A DNA stretch of 64,000 nt from Candidatus Omnitrophota bacterium (GCA_903856085.1 CAIOAT010000003.1:64318-128317), one strand, 5' to 3'. Counted from the stretch's first letter, positions 17,634 through 25,692 are shown. Translations and numbers: made by a program. The notes: generated by a model not told the origin, from the sequence alone.

Positions 17634-18464
17634 ATGACCTTATGGCAAGCACTGGTGTTAGGAATTGTTCAGGGACTTACGGAGTTCCTTCCGGTATCGA
17701 GTTCCGGGCACCTGGTTCTTTTTCAAACGCTTTTTCATATGAAAGAGCCGATGCTTGCCTTCGATGTGGCGCTTCATGCCGGGACACTTGTTGCAGTCCT
17801 GATTTATTTTAGAAAAGAAATCGCTGAGATTCTGGTCGGTTTCTGGGATTTCATGAAGCGGTGCTTTTTCCCCTGCAAATGTTCGCAAGAAGTTGCGAGC
17901 GGGTCTGGAAGCCTTTGGTTCATGATATGTCTGACATTAATCCCCACGGGCGTGATCGCGGTTTTGTTCAAAGACTATTTCGAAAGCTCTTTTTCGGATC
18001 TCGTCTCGGTCGGATGGCAATGGATCGTGATGGGGATCTTCCTTCTCTTGAGCGTGAAGATTCCTGAGGGCACGCGAAAACTCGAGAAGATCGGATGGTG
18101 GCGTTCCCTTGGGATAGGCCTGGCACAGGGGATTGCTCTTATCCCTGCGATCTCACGCTCCGGGAGCACGATCCTTGCAGGCATGGCTTTCGGGATCAAA
18201 CGGGAAGATGCCGCGCGGTTTTCTTTTCTCATCTCCATTCCGGCGATCCTTGGAGCGGTTCTTCTTGAGGTCAAAGAAGGAGGCGTTTATTTTACGTCCC
18301 ATCTGAACGAAGTGCTGATCGGGTTCTTGGCTGCTGCGATCTCAGGGTATGGGGTCATCAAATGGCTGATGGGAGTCATTCAAAAGGGCCGCTTTTCGAT
18401 GTTCGGCTATTATTGCCTCTTCGCCGGGCTCGTGAGCTTTGCGGTCGTGCATTTTTTCCGATGA
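17634..18464 (+). CDS. uppP: Undecaprenyl-diphosphate phosphatase (UppP/BacA)
   Basis: ATG 17634 (MTLWQALVLGIVQGLTEFLPVSSSGHLVLF), canonical UppP N-terminus; 8 predicted TM segments. Confidence 0.85.
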   Translation: MTLWQALVLGIVQGLTEFLPVSSSGHLVLFQTLFHMKEPMLAFDVALHAGTLVAVLIYFRKEIAEILVGFWDFMKRCFFPCKCSQEVASGSGSLWFMICLTLIPTGVIAVLFKDYFESSFSDLVSVGWQWIVMGIFLLLSVKIPEGTRKLEKIGWWRSLGIGLAQGIALIPAISRSGSTILAGMAFGIKREDAARFSFLISIPAILGAVLLEVKEGGVYFTSHLNEVLIGFLAAAISGYGVIKWLMGVIQKGRFSMFGYYCLFAGLVSFAVVHFFR

Positions 18465-19639
18465 AAACAGTCCGCTGTATCCTCCAAACAGGTAAAGAAC
18501 GGCCCGTCAAAAATCGTCATCCCTGGATTTTTTCAGGCGCGATCGATCGGATCGATGAAGGATTCGAGGCGGGTGACCTTGTCCGTGTTTTTTCCGACCA
18601 AGAAGAATTCCTCGGAGTGGGTTATCTCAATCCGGAATCCCAAATCGTGGTGCGCATGCTGACCTTCGAGGATGTGGCGATTGATGAAGCCTTCTTTGAT
18701 GAAAAGATAGCTCGGGCCCTTGAAACCCGTAAGCGGTATATGCCGTCTCGAACAAACGCCTACCGGCTTATTCACTCCGAAGGGGATTTTCTTTCGGGGC
18801 TGACCGTGGATGTCTACGGTGATTTTTTGGTCGCCGAGTTCAACACGGCCGGTATCAATGCTTGGAAATCGGTGATCGTGAAATGCCTTCAAAAATATTT
18901 CCCAGCCCACTCTATCTTTGAACGAAGCGATTCGGATCTTCGTAAATGGGAAGGGCTGAAGCGTTCCGTGGGCGTGCTCTCGGGGAAAGAACCTCCGGAA
19001 GCGATTGAGATCGAAGAACACGGGCTTCTCTTTGGTGTGGATATCCAGGGGGGTCAGAAGACAGGATTTTTTCTTGATCAGCGCGAGAGTCGCGAAGTGG
19101 TACGGGGACTCAGCGCCGGTAAGCGCGTGCTTAATTGTTTTGCCTACACCGGAGGGTTTTCTGTTTACGCGGCCAAGGGTGGCGCCCGCGAAGTCGTTTC
19201 CGTGGAATCGTCTGAACCGGCAGTGGCCATGGGGCGCAAGAATTTCGAAAGGAATCAGCTGGGTGCGGAGCAGAGCGTCTGGGCCCAGCAGGATGTTTTT
19301 GATTACTTGCGCGCAACAAAAAAAGAATTCGATATGATCATTCTCGATCCACCGGCTTTCTGCAAAAGCAAAAATCAAATTCAGCCTGCCGCGCGTGGTT
19401 ATAAGGATATCAACCTGCAGGCCCTCAAACAGCTCCCGAAAGGTGGCCTGCTTTTTACGTTCTCGTGCTCGTCTTACATCACGCCGGACCTTTTTCAAAA
19501 GATCATCTTCGGTGCGGCCTCGGACGCAAAGCGCGATGTGAGGATCCTTAAAAAAACCTCCCATGCGTTCGATCATCCAATCAATATCTATCATCCGGAG
19601 GGGGAATATCTGAAGGGTCTCCTCTGCGAGGTCCTTTGA
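18461..19639 (+). CDS. rlmI: RlmI-like 23S rRNA (m5C) methyltransferase (PUA + class I SAM-MTase)
   Basis: ATG 18461 overlapping uppP stop (ATGA); N-terminal PUA-like region and SAM-binding motif VLNCFAYTGGFSVYAA, DPPAF. Confidence 0.7.
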   Translation: MKTVRCILQTGKERPVKNRHPWIFSGAIDRIDEGFEAGDLVRVFSDQEEFLGVGYLNPESQIVVRMLTFEDVAIDEAFFDEKIARALETRKRYMPSRTNAYRLIHSEGDFLSGLTVDVYGDFLVAEFNTAGINAWKSVIVKCLQKYFPAHSIFERSDSDLRKWEGLKRSVGVLSGKEPPEAIEIEEHGLLFGVDIQGGQKTGFFLDQRESREVVRGLSAGKRVLNCFAYTGGFSVYAAKGGAREVVSVESSEPAVAMGRKNFERNQLGAEQSVWAQQDVFDYLRATKKEFDMIILDPPAFCKSKNQIQPAARGYKDINLQALKQLPKGGLLFTFSCSSYITPDLFQKIIFGAASDAKRDVRILKKTSHAFDHPINIYHPEGEYLKGLLCEVL

Positions 19640-19756
19640 GCTTGACGTTCAAAAGCCAACAGATGATAATCAGACCTTATTCTGCGCATTCGGTTACGCC
19701 CTTTGCGTGCTTTTTTTAGCTCTATCTTAGACAACAAACAACAGGAGGAACAGCAT

Positions 19757-19936
19757 ATGGCAAAGATAACAGGATTAGGGGCGAGTAAGACCTCAGCGCC
19801 GAAGCTCTCGGAGGCGGAGCTCAACGAACGTATTCAAAAAAAAGCCAAAGAACTCTGGGCGCAAAAAGGACATGTTCAAGGCAAAGACCTTGAGATCTGG
19901 CTCGAGGCTGAAAAATCAGTGAAGAGTGGGCGCTGA
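19757..19936 (+). CDS. DUF2934-like small protein
   Basis: 59 aa from ATG 19757 with AGGAGG RBS; motif AKELWAQKGHVQGKDLEIWLEAEK matches the DUF2934 pattern. Confidence 0.5.
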   Translation: MAKITGLGASKTSAPKLSEAELNERIQKKAKELWAQKGHVQGKDLEIWLEAEKSVKSGR

Positions 19937-19985
19937 ATTCCAATCATTTAGGGTGGTTTCGTCAGGAAATCGTAGAAAAACCAGT

Positions 19986-20963
19986 TTACGGAAGTAAAAC
20001 GATTTTCAGAGTTTGTTTGCCGTCAGTGACGAGTTGGAAACCTTCTTGGATTTGTTCGAGCGGAAGTCTGTGGGTGATCATGTCCTTCGCATGGATTTTT
20101 CCTGACTCGATCAGCTTGATCGCTTTTACAAGATCTTCGGGTGCCGCACCGTAAGAAGAAGTTACCGTCATCTCATTCCTCCATAAATCCACGGTCGGGA
20201 GTTGAATATCCGTGTCCGGGATGGCGAAGAGCAGGAGAGTGCCTTTCCGATCGATCGATTGAAACGCCTGTTTCACCGCCGGGAGAGCCCCTGTGCAGAG
20301 AATAACTTTCTCTGCTTTTAAGGAGGGAAGATCCTTCGGGTTGAAAACTTCGTCGGCGCCGTATTCCTTGGCTTTCTCCCGCCTGCATTCTTCCATGTCG
20401 GTGGCAATGACCTTGGCCCCATTTAATTTGGCGACTCGGATATTGAGCAATCCTGAGATCCCGCAGCCCAGGATCAAAACCGTTTGTCCCTTTTTGACGC
20501 CAATGGTTTCTTGGCCCCTGAGTGCACAGGCCAGGGGTTCGATCATGGTACCTTCTTCATAGGAAATATTCTTCGGCAGGACATAGACCCCATGATCGAC
20601 ATTGATCTTCGGGATTCTGACAAATTCACTGTAGCCGCCCGGATCATAATTGCCGGTATGCAGAGTTTCGCAGGCTGTGTGATGACCTTCTTTGCAGTAT
20701 TTGCATTGATAGCAGGGAACGTGGTGGCTGACAAAGACTCTCTGGCCGATCTTGTACTTCGGAGAGTTTGATTCGATGATATCGCCCGTTATTTCATGGC
20801 CCAGGATTCGCGGAGCTTTTTTGATTCGGTACCATTCCATGACGTCTGTGCCGCAGATTCCGCTTGCCTTGATTTTGACCAGGATCTCGCCCCCGCCGAT
20901 CTTGGGGACGGGGCGTTCCTCGATCCGGACGTCGCGGTTATTGTAATAAACGGCTACTTTCAT
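19986..20963 (-). CDS. Zinc-dependent alcohol dehydrogenase family (threonine/sorbitol dehydrogenase-like, MDR)
   Basis: 325 aa; catalytic Zn ligands (GICGTDV, HE), structural Zn C-x2-C-x2-C-x7-C (CYQCKYCKEGHHTAC), Rossmann GCGISG. Confidence 0.75.
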   Translation of the reverse strand: MKVAVYYNNRDVRIEERPVPKIGGGEILVKIKASGICGTDVMEWYRIKKAPRILGHEITGDIIESNSPKYKIGQRVFVSHHVPCYQCKYCKEGHHTACETLHTGNYDPGGYSEFVRIPKINVDHGVYVLPKNISYEEGTMIEPLACALRGQETIGVKKGQTVLILGCGISGLLNIRVAKLNGAKVIATDMEECRREKAKEYGADEVFNPKDLPSLKAEKVILCTGALPAVKQAFQSIDRKGTLLLFAIPDTDIQLPTVDLWRNEMTVTSSYGAAPEDLVKAIKLIESGKIHAKDMITHRLPLEQIQEGFQLVTDGKQTLKIVLLP

Positions 20964-20971
20964 GAAGGTGG

Positions 20972-21754
20972 TTACTTTGCCGAAGATTTGTAGATCTTGA
21001 GCGCTTCGCTTACCGAGGCCTTTTCATGAACAACGGCTTTGACCGCCTTCATCATGCCGACGGGATTATCTGATTGGAAAACATTCCGTCCCATGTCGAC
21101 GCCTGCCGCGCCATCCTGGAGGGCGTTGTAAGCCATTTCGAGCGCTGCTTTTTCTTCTATTTTCTTTCCTCCCGCGATCACGACAGGAACGTTCCCGCAG
21201 GCCTCGACGACTTTCTGGAAATCCTGGCAGTAGTAGGTCTTCACCATATGAGCGCCGACTTCTACGCACATCCTGCAGGCCAATCCCAAGTAGCGTGCGT
21301 CCCTCACCATTTCTTTGCCCACCGCGGTGACGGCCAATACCGGAATGCCATAGGCCTCGCCTTGGTTCACAAGTTCTGCAAGGTTTTGAATGGTTTGTTT
21401 CTCATGTTCTCCGCCGACATAAACGGAACAGGTGATTGCGGAGGCATTGATCCGGATGGCGTCTTCAATCGAAGTCGTGATGATCTCGTTGGAAAGTTCT
21501 TTTAAAATGCTCTGGCCTCCCGAGACCCGTAGGACGATGGGCTTATTCATCTCGGCGGGAATCCAGTTTCTGAGGGCCCCTCGCGTGATCATGAGGGCGT
21601 CGGCAAAGGGGAGGAGGGGTTCCACGGTCTTGCCCAGATTTTCAAGACCTGTGGTGGGCCCTTGGAAATAACCATGATCCACTGCCAGCATGACACAGCG
21701 GCCCGATTGTGCGTTCATGATCCTTGAGAATCTGTTTTTCATGCCCCATTCCAC
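20972..21754 (-). CDS. Class I aldolase of DhnA/FbaB/LsrF family
   Basis: Track ORF 20972..21835; the start preferred here is GTG 21754 preceded by AAGGAGGG (alt ATG 21742: MKNRFSRIMN...LAVDHGYFQGP); DeoC/DhnA-type TIM barrel pattern with Schiff-base lysine region (VKTYY). Confidence 0.6.
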   Translation of the reverse strand: MEWGMKNRFSRIMNAQSGRCVMLAVDHGYFQGPTTGLENLGKTVEPLLPFADALMITRGALRNWIPAEMNKPIVLRVSGGQSILKELSNEIITTSIEDAIRINASAITCSVYVGGEHEKQTIQNLAELVNQGEAYGIPVLAVTAVGKEMVRDARYLGLACRMCVEVGAHMVKTYYCQDFQKVVEACGNVPVVIAGGKKIEEKAALEMAYNALQDGAAGVDMGRNVFQSDNPVGMMKAVKAVVHEKASVSEALKIYKSSAK

Positions 21755-21937
21755 GATAATCCCTCCTTGAGCGATGCAGGTTAGTGATGAGTCGAATATT
21801 CGTGGGATTATACTCCGAGAGCTTTGCACGGTCACCCTCTCTTTTTTTTGTAAGGTGTGCGGCGTAGGGAATACGGCATATAGCGCGTTGCATCGTCAGA
21901 ATTATTTCTTCGCCGTACATGGGGTAGCATCAAAAAA

Positions 21938-21965
21938 TTGTCTAAGTTCGGATTCGTGTTATAAT
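21938..21965 (+). promoter_or_regulatory. Sigma70-like promoter candidate for the NifU-like gene (TTGTCT-16-TATAAT)
   Basis: TTGTCT 21938-21943, TATAAT 21960-21965, ATG at 21973 only 7 nt after the -10 element (near-leaderless). Confidence 0.3.
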
Positions 21966-21972
21966 CTGCCTC

Positions 21973-22530
21973 ATGAAAGATATCCAAGTCACTACCGAAT
22001 TTACGCCGAATCCGAACTCGCTTAAGTTCAATGTCAACGTTCCCATCTGTACGCATGGGACGGTGCAATTCGCCTCCAAAGCTGAGGCGGGGAAGTCTCC
22101 GCTGGCCGCCAAGCTTTTTGAGATCGAACACGTCAAAGAGGTGATGATCGGCTCCGATATCGTGACCGTGACGCGTGATGAGAAAGTACAGTCCTGGAGC
22201 GTTTTGATCCCGCGCGTGACTGAAACGATACGGGAGTTTCTCGTTTGCGGGAAAACAAGTCCGAAAGCTTGCGAGAAATGTGCGGATGCTACGAATCCGG
22301 GTTCTGCGATCGAAAAAAGGATCATCGAGATCATGGATGAGCAGATCCGTCCAGCTCTCGCTCGGGACGGTGGCGATGCGGTTTTCTGCGGTTTCGAGAA
22401 CGGTGTTGTGAAGCTGCATCTCAAAGGTGCTTGTTCCGGATGTCCGAGTGCCACCATGACGCTCAAGATGGGCATCGAAGCCTACCTCAAAGAGTACATC
22501 CCCGAAGTGAAGGAAGTAGTGCGCGTCTAA
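21973..22530 (+). CDS. NFU1-type Fe-S cluster scaffold (Nfu N-domain + NifU C-domain)
   Basis: 185 aa; N-terminal TPNPNSLKF pattern, C-terminal NifU CxxC (GACSGCPS); Cys-rich linker CGKTSPKACEKC. Confidence 0.7.
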   Translation: MKDIQVTTEFTPNPNSLKFNVNVPICTHGTVQFASKAEAGKSPLAAKLFEIEHVKEVMIGSDIVTVTRDEKVQSWSVLIPRVTETIREFLVCGKTSPKACEKCADATNPGSAIEKRIIEIMDEQIRPALARDGGDAVFCGFENGVVKLHLKGACSGCPSATMTLKMGIEAYLKEYIPEVKEVVRV

Positions 22531-22653
22531 TAAAAACCGTACCACGGGCACGAGCTACGTTCGACGTACCCCTTAGCTCGTCGTGGGAGACTTCACCCTT
22601 TCTTGAAAATGCCGATATCTAGCCAAGCAGTCGTCTATCATGGGAGGGGAGAT

Positions 22654-22830
22654 ATGGCTAAAAAAGTTCTTCGCAAGCTTTCCGCAGGCAAAGTTACCAC
22701 CTTCAAGCTCCGCAATCGTCGGGGTTATGCTGCCATCTGTATGAATAATCTCACGGAAGGGAATACCGAAAATATTGCCCTTGCGCGTATGGCAAAGGCT
22801 GTTAAACGGATGGGATATCTTCTTTCGTAA
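22654..22830 (+). CDS. Hypothetical small basic protein (58 aa)
   Basis: ATG 22654 preceded by GGGAGGGGAG; basic (K/R-rich) sequence MAKKVLRKLSAGKVTTFKLRNRRGY...; no recognised motif. Confidence 0.35.
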   Translation: MAKKVLRKLSAGKVTTFKLRNRRGYAAICMNNLTEGNTENIALARMAKAVKRMGYLLS

Positions 22831-22834
22831 AAAA

Positions 22835-22870
22835 ATACGGAGTACAGCGTTTGTCTGCCGTACTCCGTAT
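22835..22870. terminator. Bidirectional intrinsic terminator between convergent genes (11-bp stem ATACGGAGTAC/GTACTCCGTAT)
   Basis: Perfect 11-bp inverted repeat 22835-22845 / 22860-22870 flanked by A7 upstream and T-rich tract downstream. Confidence 0.6.
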
Positions 22871-22890
22871 TCGATATTTCTTGATCGTTC

Positions 22891-23061
22891 TTAGCGGCCG
22901 CTAGCATCCTTGCGCTTCGAGAAACAATCCTTGCAATAGACCGGACGGTCTTCTCTGGGCTTGAAAGGAACTTCACATTCCTTTTTGCATTCGCCGCAAG
23001 TCGCCTTATGCATCTCACGCGGTGCGCCTCCGAAACCACGGCCTTCTCCTTGAAACCCCAT
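22891..23061 (-). CDS. CxxC-x17-CxxC zinc-ribbon small protein (56 aa), not in ORF track (<60 aa)
   Basis: Minus-strand ATG at 23061..23059 preceded by GGAGGAG; translation MGFQGEGRGFGGAPREMHKATCGECKKECEVPFKPREDRPVYCKDCFSKRKDASGR; exact C-x2-C-x17-C-x2-C spacing; stop TAA 22893..22891. Confidence 0.6.
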   Translation of the reverse strand: MGFQGEGRGFGGAPREMHKATCGECKKECEVPFKPREDRPVYCKDCFSKRKDASGR

Positions 23062-23151
23062 GTTCATCTCCTCCTGTTGGCACTGATGTCAGTGCAGTTG
23101 TGGGAAAAAATTCCCGAAAAAACCATTACGCTTGTGAAACCATACCTGTAA

Positions 23152-23643
23152 CTACCGGGGACCTTTCCGGTGACGGAAAAAAGGTTTATCGCCATGACCA
23201 AAGCCGCGGGATCCTGCGCCTGGTTTTCTGTCAAAGGATCGCTCCGGGCCGGCGCTTCTTTCCCTGGGGCGGTCCTGTGAGAACCCACTTTCGCGAGGTC
23301 GGTCTTGCGAAAATCCGCCTTCGCGAGGCCGGTCCTTTGAAAAACCACTTGACCTGGGACGGTCATGTGAAAATCCGCCTTCCCTTGGGCGATCATGTGA
23401 GAAGCCTTCTCTCCGGGGACTGCGATTGAAGTCTCTTCCGCCGCCGAAGGAAGGACGAAAAGGTTTTGAAAATCGCTTTTCCCTGTCCCGGAACGGTTTT
23501 TCCGGTGATTGACCAATCAAGATATCTATTTTCTTCTCCAAAAAGTTCAGCTGCTGCTGCATCTTTTTGATCAAAGATACAACGTCCGAGTCGGCCGGCG
23601 GGGGAACAGCAATGTCCTCATTTTCTTCCGAATGTTCGCTCAT
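23152..23643 (-). CDS. Arg-rich low-complexity protein with N-terminal coiled coil and 5 tandem 10-aa repeats (GFSxDRPRExG)
   Basis: 163 aa; ATG with AAGGAG RBS 11 nt upstream; acidic N-terminus, QQQLNFLEKKIDIL coiled-coil, then RGG/RDR-type repeats; competing ORFs in two other frames are repeat artefacts (one needs TTG start). Confidence 0.55.
   Translation of the reverse strand: MSEHSEENEDIAVPPPADSDVVSLIKKMQQQLNFLEKKIDILIGQSPEKPFRDREKRFSKPFRPSFGGGRDFNRSPRREGFSHDRPREGGFSHDRPRSSGFSKDRPREGGFSQDRPRESGFSQDRPRERSAGPERSFDRKPGAGSRGFGHGDKPFFRHRKGPR
23257..23406 (-). repeat. Five tandem copies of a 30-nt unit (consensus cggtcNtgtgaRaaNccNcctTcgcgaggN) encoding the GFSxDRPRE repeats
   Basis: Directly visible periodicity: ggtcctgtgagaacccactttcgcgaggt / cggtcttgcgaaaatccgccttcgcgaggc / cggtcctttgaaaaaccacttgacctggga / cggtcatgtgaaaatccgccttcccttgggc / gatcatgtgagaagccttctctcc. 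Confidence 0.7.
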
Positions 23644-23816
23644 GTTACTTTAGCTCCTTTTGCGTCCGGGTTTTTGTTGAAGAGAAGAGTGGCAGGGCGT
23701 TCCCGAGCGTCCGCACTGACTCGCCATTAGATTTTATGTGTGATTCGTGCATTTCCAATCTTCAATGAAAATTTGAGGAGGATTGGGACGCACTGCATGT
23801 CTCTTTTGTCCGATCC

Positions 23817-24419
23817 TTAATCTTCTCCGGCAAGTGCCAAAGCCGAAAGGACCGAAGGGTTGATTCGCGACGCATGCCCTAGGTTTTTTAGGACTCTGTC
23901 TGCCGTTTTCTTTAAAGTAAGCTTAAACACACAGGAAAGTTCTCCCACAAGTCCTTTGGCCGAACGTTCGAGGGCCTGACGTTTTCTCTGGTCTTTTGCT
24001 TCGAACTTATCGTACGCGAAGGTCTGAAGAGCCCGGGCCAGGCCCCAAGCCTGATCTTGCAGGTTCGAGGATGAATCAGCTGCGGAGCGGCTTTTGCCAT
24101 TTCCAACTTTTAGATAGCGCAGGATCTTATTTGCTTCGCTGCGCGGAACAAGACCGTGAAAACCGGAAATTTCAAGATCTTTGGCCGCAATGACGAAGCG
24201 GGATTTCATTCTAGCGGTTATTTTCGGCACTAATGAATAGGATAGACCCTCTTGACCCGAAGGGCTTGGCCGGGTGACCCTCTCTATGCGGCAAAGGCCG
24301 TGGATCGGATGGTAAAGCAGGTCGCCGTTCGCAAGCTTTTCTTTTTTCATAAGCCTCTTTGTGAAGGTTCTGGGTAGATCATTTTTTCGTGAGGTTTCGA
24401 GTACTGCGTCTATACTCAT
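23817..24419 (-). CDS. CarD/CdnL-family transcriptional regulator (RNAP-interacting Tudor-like N-domain)
   Basis: 200 aa; N-terminal GDLLYHPIHGLCRIERV ... KSRFVIAAKDLEISGFHGLVPRSEANKILRYLK matches the CarD_CdnL_TRCF pattern (hP.HG.G.I ... vP.......GLR). Confidence 0.55.
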   Translation of the reverse strand: MSIDAVLETSRKNDLPRTFTKRLMKKEKLANGDLLYHPIHGLCRIERVTRPSPSGQEGLSYSLVPKITARMKSRFVIAAKDLEISGFHGLVPRSEANKILRYLKVGNGKSRSAADSSSNLQDQAWGLARALQTFAYDKFEAKDQRKRQALERSAKGLVGELSCVFKLTLKKTADRVLKNLGHASRINPSVLSALALAGED

Positions 24420-24476
24420 TTTAAGGGTTCGCAGTACCGTACCGTGTACCCTTAAAAATCAAATAACGCAGTACTG
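24398..24476. promoter_or_regulatory. Nested palindromes with three copies of the 8-mer CGCAGTAC (one inverted) spanning the CdnL-like start codon
   Basis: GTACTGCG 24401-24408, CGCAGTAC 24430-24437 and 24467-24474; inner 9-bp inverted repeat TTTAAGGGT/ACCCTTAAA 24420-24428/24448-24456; start codon complement at 24417-24419. Confidence 0.4.
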
Positions 24477-24641
24477 GTATGACTTCAACTAAGACGGGCT
24501 TGTTTCAGTGCTGGTGTCACCTAGGGGATTGCCAAGCTCTATTGTGACGGGAGGCATTATACAACAGTTTTCTTCAAAAGAGTTATTTATTCTATGCCTC
24601 ATGTTTTTACCCCGATTCGATGCCGAGGGCGATGTGTTTCA

Positions 24642-24671
24642 TTGACACCTCTGAACGATCTGCTGTAAAAT
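24642..24671 (+). promoter_or_regulatory. Sigma70-like promoter candidate for trpS (TTGACA-18-TAAAAT)
   Basis: TTGACA 24642-24647, TAAAAT 24666-24671, 37 nt upstream of trpS ATG 24709. Confidence 0.4.
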
Positions 24672-24708
24672 CCTCAAAATTCAAAGGTTACGGAGATTTG
24701 CCCTCATT

Positions 24709-25692
24709 ATGTCAACACGCGTTCTAAGCGGTACACGGCCCACGGGAAAACTGCATCTTGGGAACCTTCTCGGGGCTCTGGAAAACTACAAAAAATTGCA
24801 AGGCCAGGACGCTTTTTTCATGATTGCGGATTTGCATGCCCTGACCACGGAGTACGAAGATAAGACCAAGATTGCCGAGAACGTGACGGAAGTCGTGGTC
24901 GATTATCTTGCAAGCGGTCTTGATCCGGAGCAGTGCACGATGTTTGTGCAAAGTGAAGTTCTGGAGCACGCCAATCTCGCGCTGCTTTTTTCAATGATCA
25001 CGCCGCTGGGGTGGTTGGAGCGGAATCCGACTTACAAGGATCAGCTCGCGGAGTTGAAGGGCAAAGACCTTCACACTCACGGCTTTTTGGGATATCCGGT
25101 GCTTCAGGCCGCGGATATAGCGCTTTATAAGGCTGAGAAGGTTCCGGTCGGCGAGGATCAGCTGCCACATCTGGAATTGACGCGCGAAATCATTCGTCGG
25201 TTTTTTCATCTTTATAAGAAGCAGATTTTTCCGGAGCCGGAGGCTGTCTTGACGCATGTGCCAAAAGTGCCGGGGCTCGATGGACGGAAGATGAGCAAAA
25301 GTTATGGCAACTGTATTTATCTCGCGGATTCCAGGGAGGAAGTAACGAAGAAGGTCAAGGCCATGGTGACGGATCCGGCGAGAAAACTGCGTTCGGACAA
25401 GGGACATCCAGAAGTTTGTCCCGTCTATTTTTATCATAAGCTCTTTAATCAAGATCAGGTGGAAACGGTTGCGCGGGAATGCCGGGATGCGGCGCGTGGC
25501 TGCGTGGATTGTAAAATGGAAATGGCTGCGAAATTGAACGGATTTATGGATCCGATACGGGAAAGACGTGAATCATGGATGAAGAAAAAAACGGAAATAC
25601 GGCAGATCCTCGACCGGGGAGCCAAGAGGGCGCGGGAAGTAGCGAGCCAAACCCTCAAGGAAACCCTGCAGGCGATGGGTCTGGTGTCGTAG
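24709..25692 (+). CDS. trpS: Tryptophan--tRNA ligase
   Basis: 327 aa; class I motifs (TGKLHLGNLLG = HIGH-like; KMSKS present as KMSKSYGN). Confidence 0.9.
   Translation: MSTRVLSGTRPTGKLHLGNLLGALENYKKLQGQDAFFMIADLHALTTEYEDKTKIAENVTEVVVDYLASGLDPEQCTMFVQSEVLEHANLALLFSMITPLGWLERNPTYKDQLAELKGKDLHTHGFLGYPVLQAADIALYKAEKVPVGEDQLPHLELTREIIRRFFHLYKKQIFPEPEAVLTHVPKVPGLDGRKMSKSYGNCIYLADSREEVTKKVKAMVTDPARKLRSDKGHPEVCPVYFYHKLFNQDQVETVARECRDAARGCVDCKMEMAAKLNGFMDPIRERRESWMKKKTEIRQILDRGAKRAREVASQTLKETLQAMGLVS

Noticed and set aside
19681-19718. Possible intrinsic terminator after rlmI (weak hairpin plus T7)
   Set aside because: The stem is only about 4 bp (ACGC/GCGT). The T-tract alone is insufficient, so it is not listed as a feature.
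22725-23039. 104-aa GTG-start ORF from the track, and an apparent frameshift in the zinc-ribbon gene
   Set aside because: A first reading suggested an A5G3 run disrupting the CxxC-x17-CxxC ORF. Re-counting the sequence blocks (cttcacattc / ctttttgcat) shows A5G2, and the 56-aa ORF at 22891..23061 is intact. The 104-aa ORF is in another frame, needs a GTG start, runs through the 11-bp terminator hairpin and into the neighbouring gene, so it is judged spurious.
23022-23516. Alternative-frame ORFs across the 30-nt tandem repeat (23064..23516 minus, 23022..23429 plus)
   Set aside because: Open frames in several phases are an expected artefact of an in-phase tandem repeat. The 150-aa one requires a TTG start with no RBS. 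Only the 163-aa frame has ATG, SD and a non-repetitive N-terminal domain.
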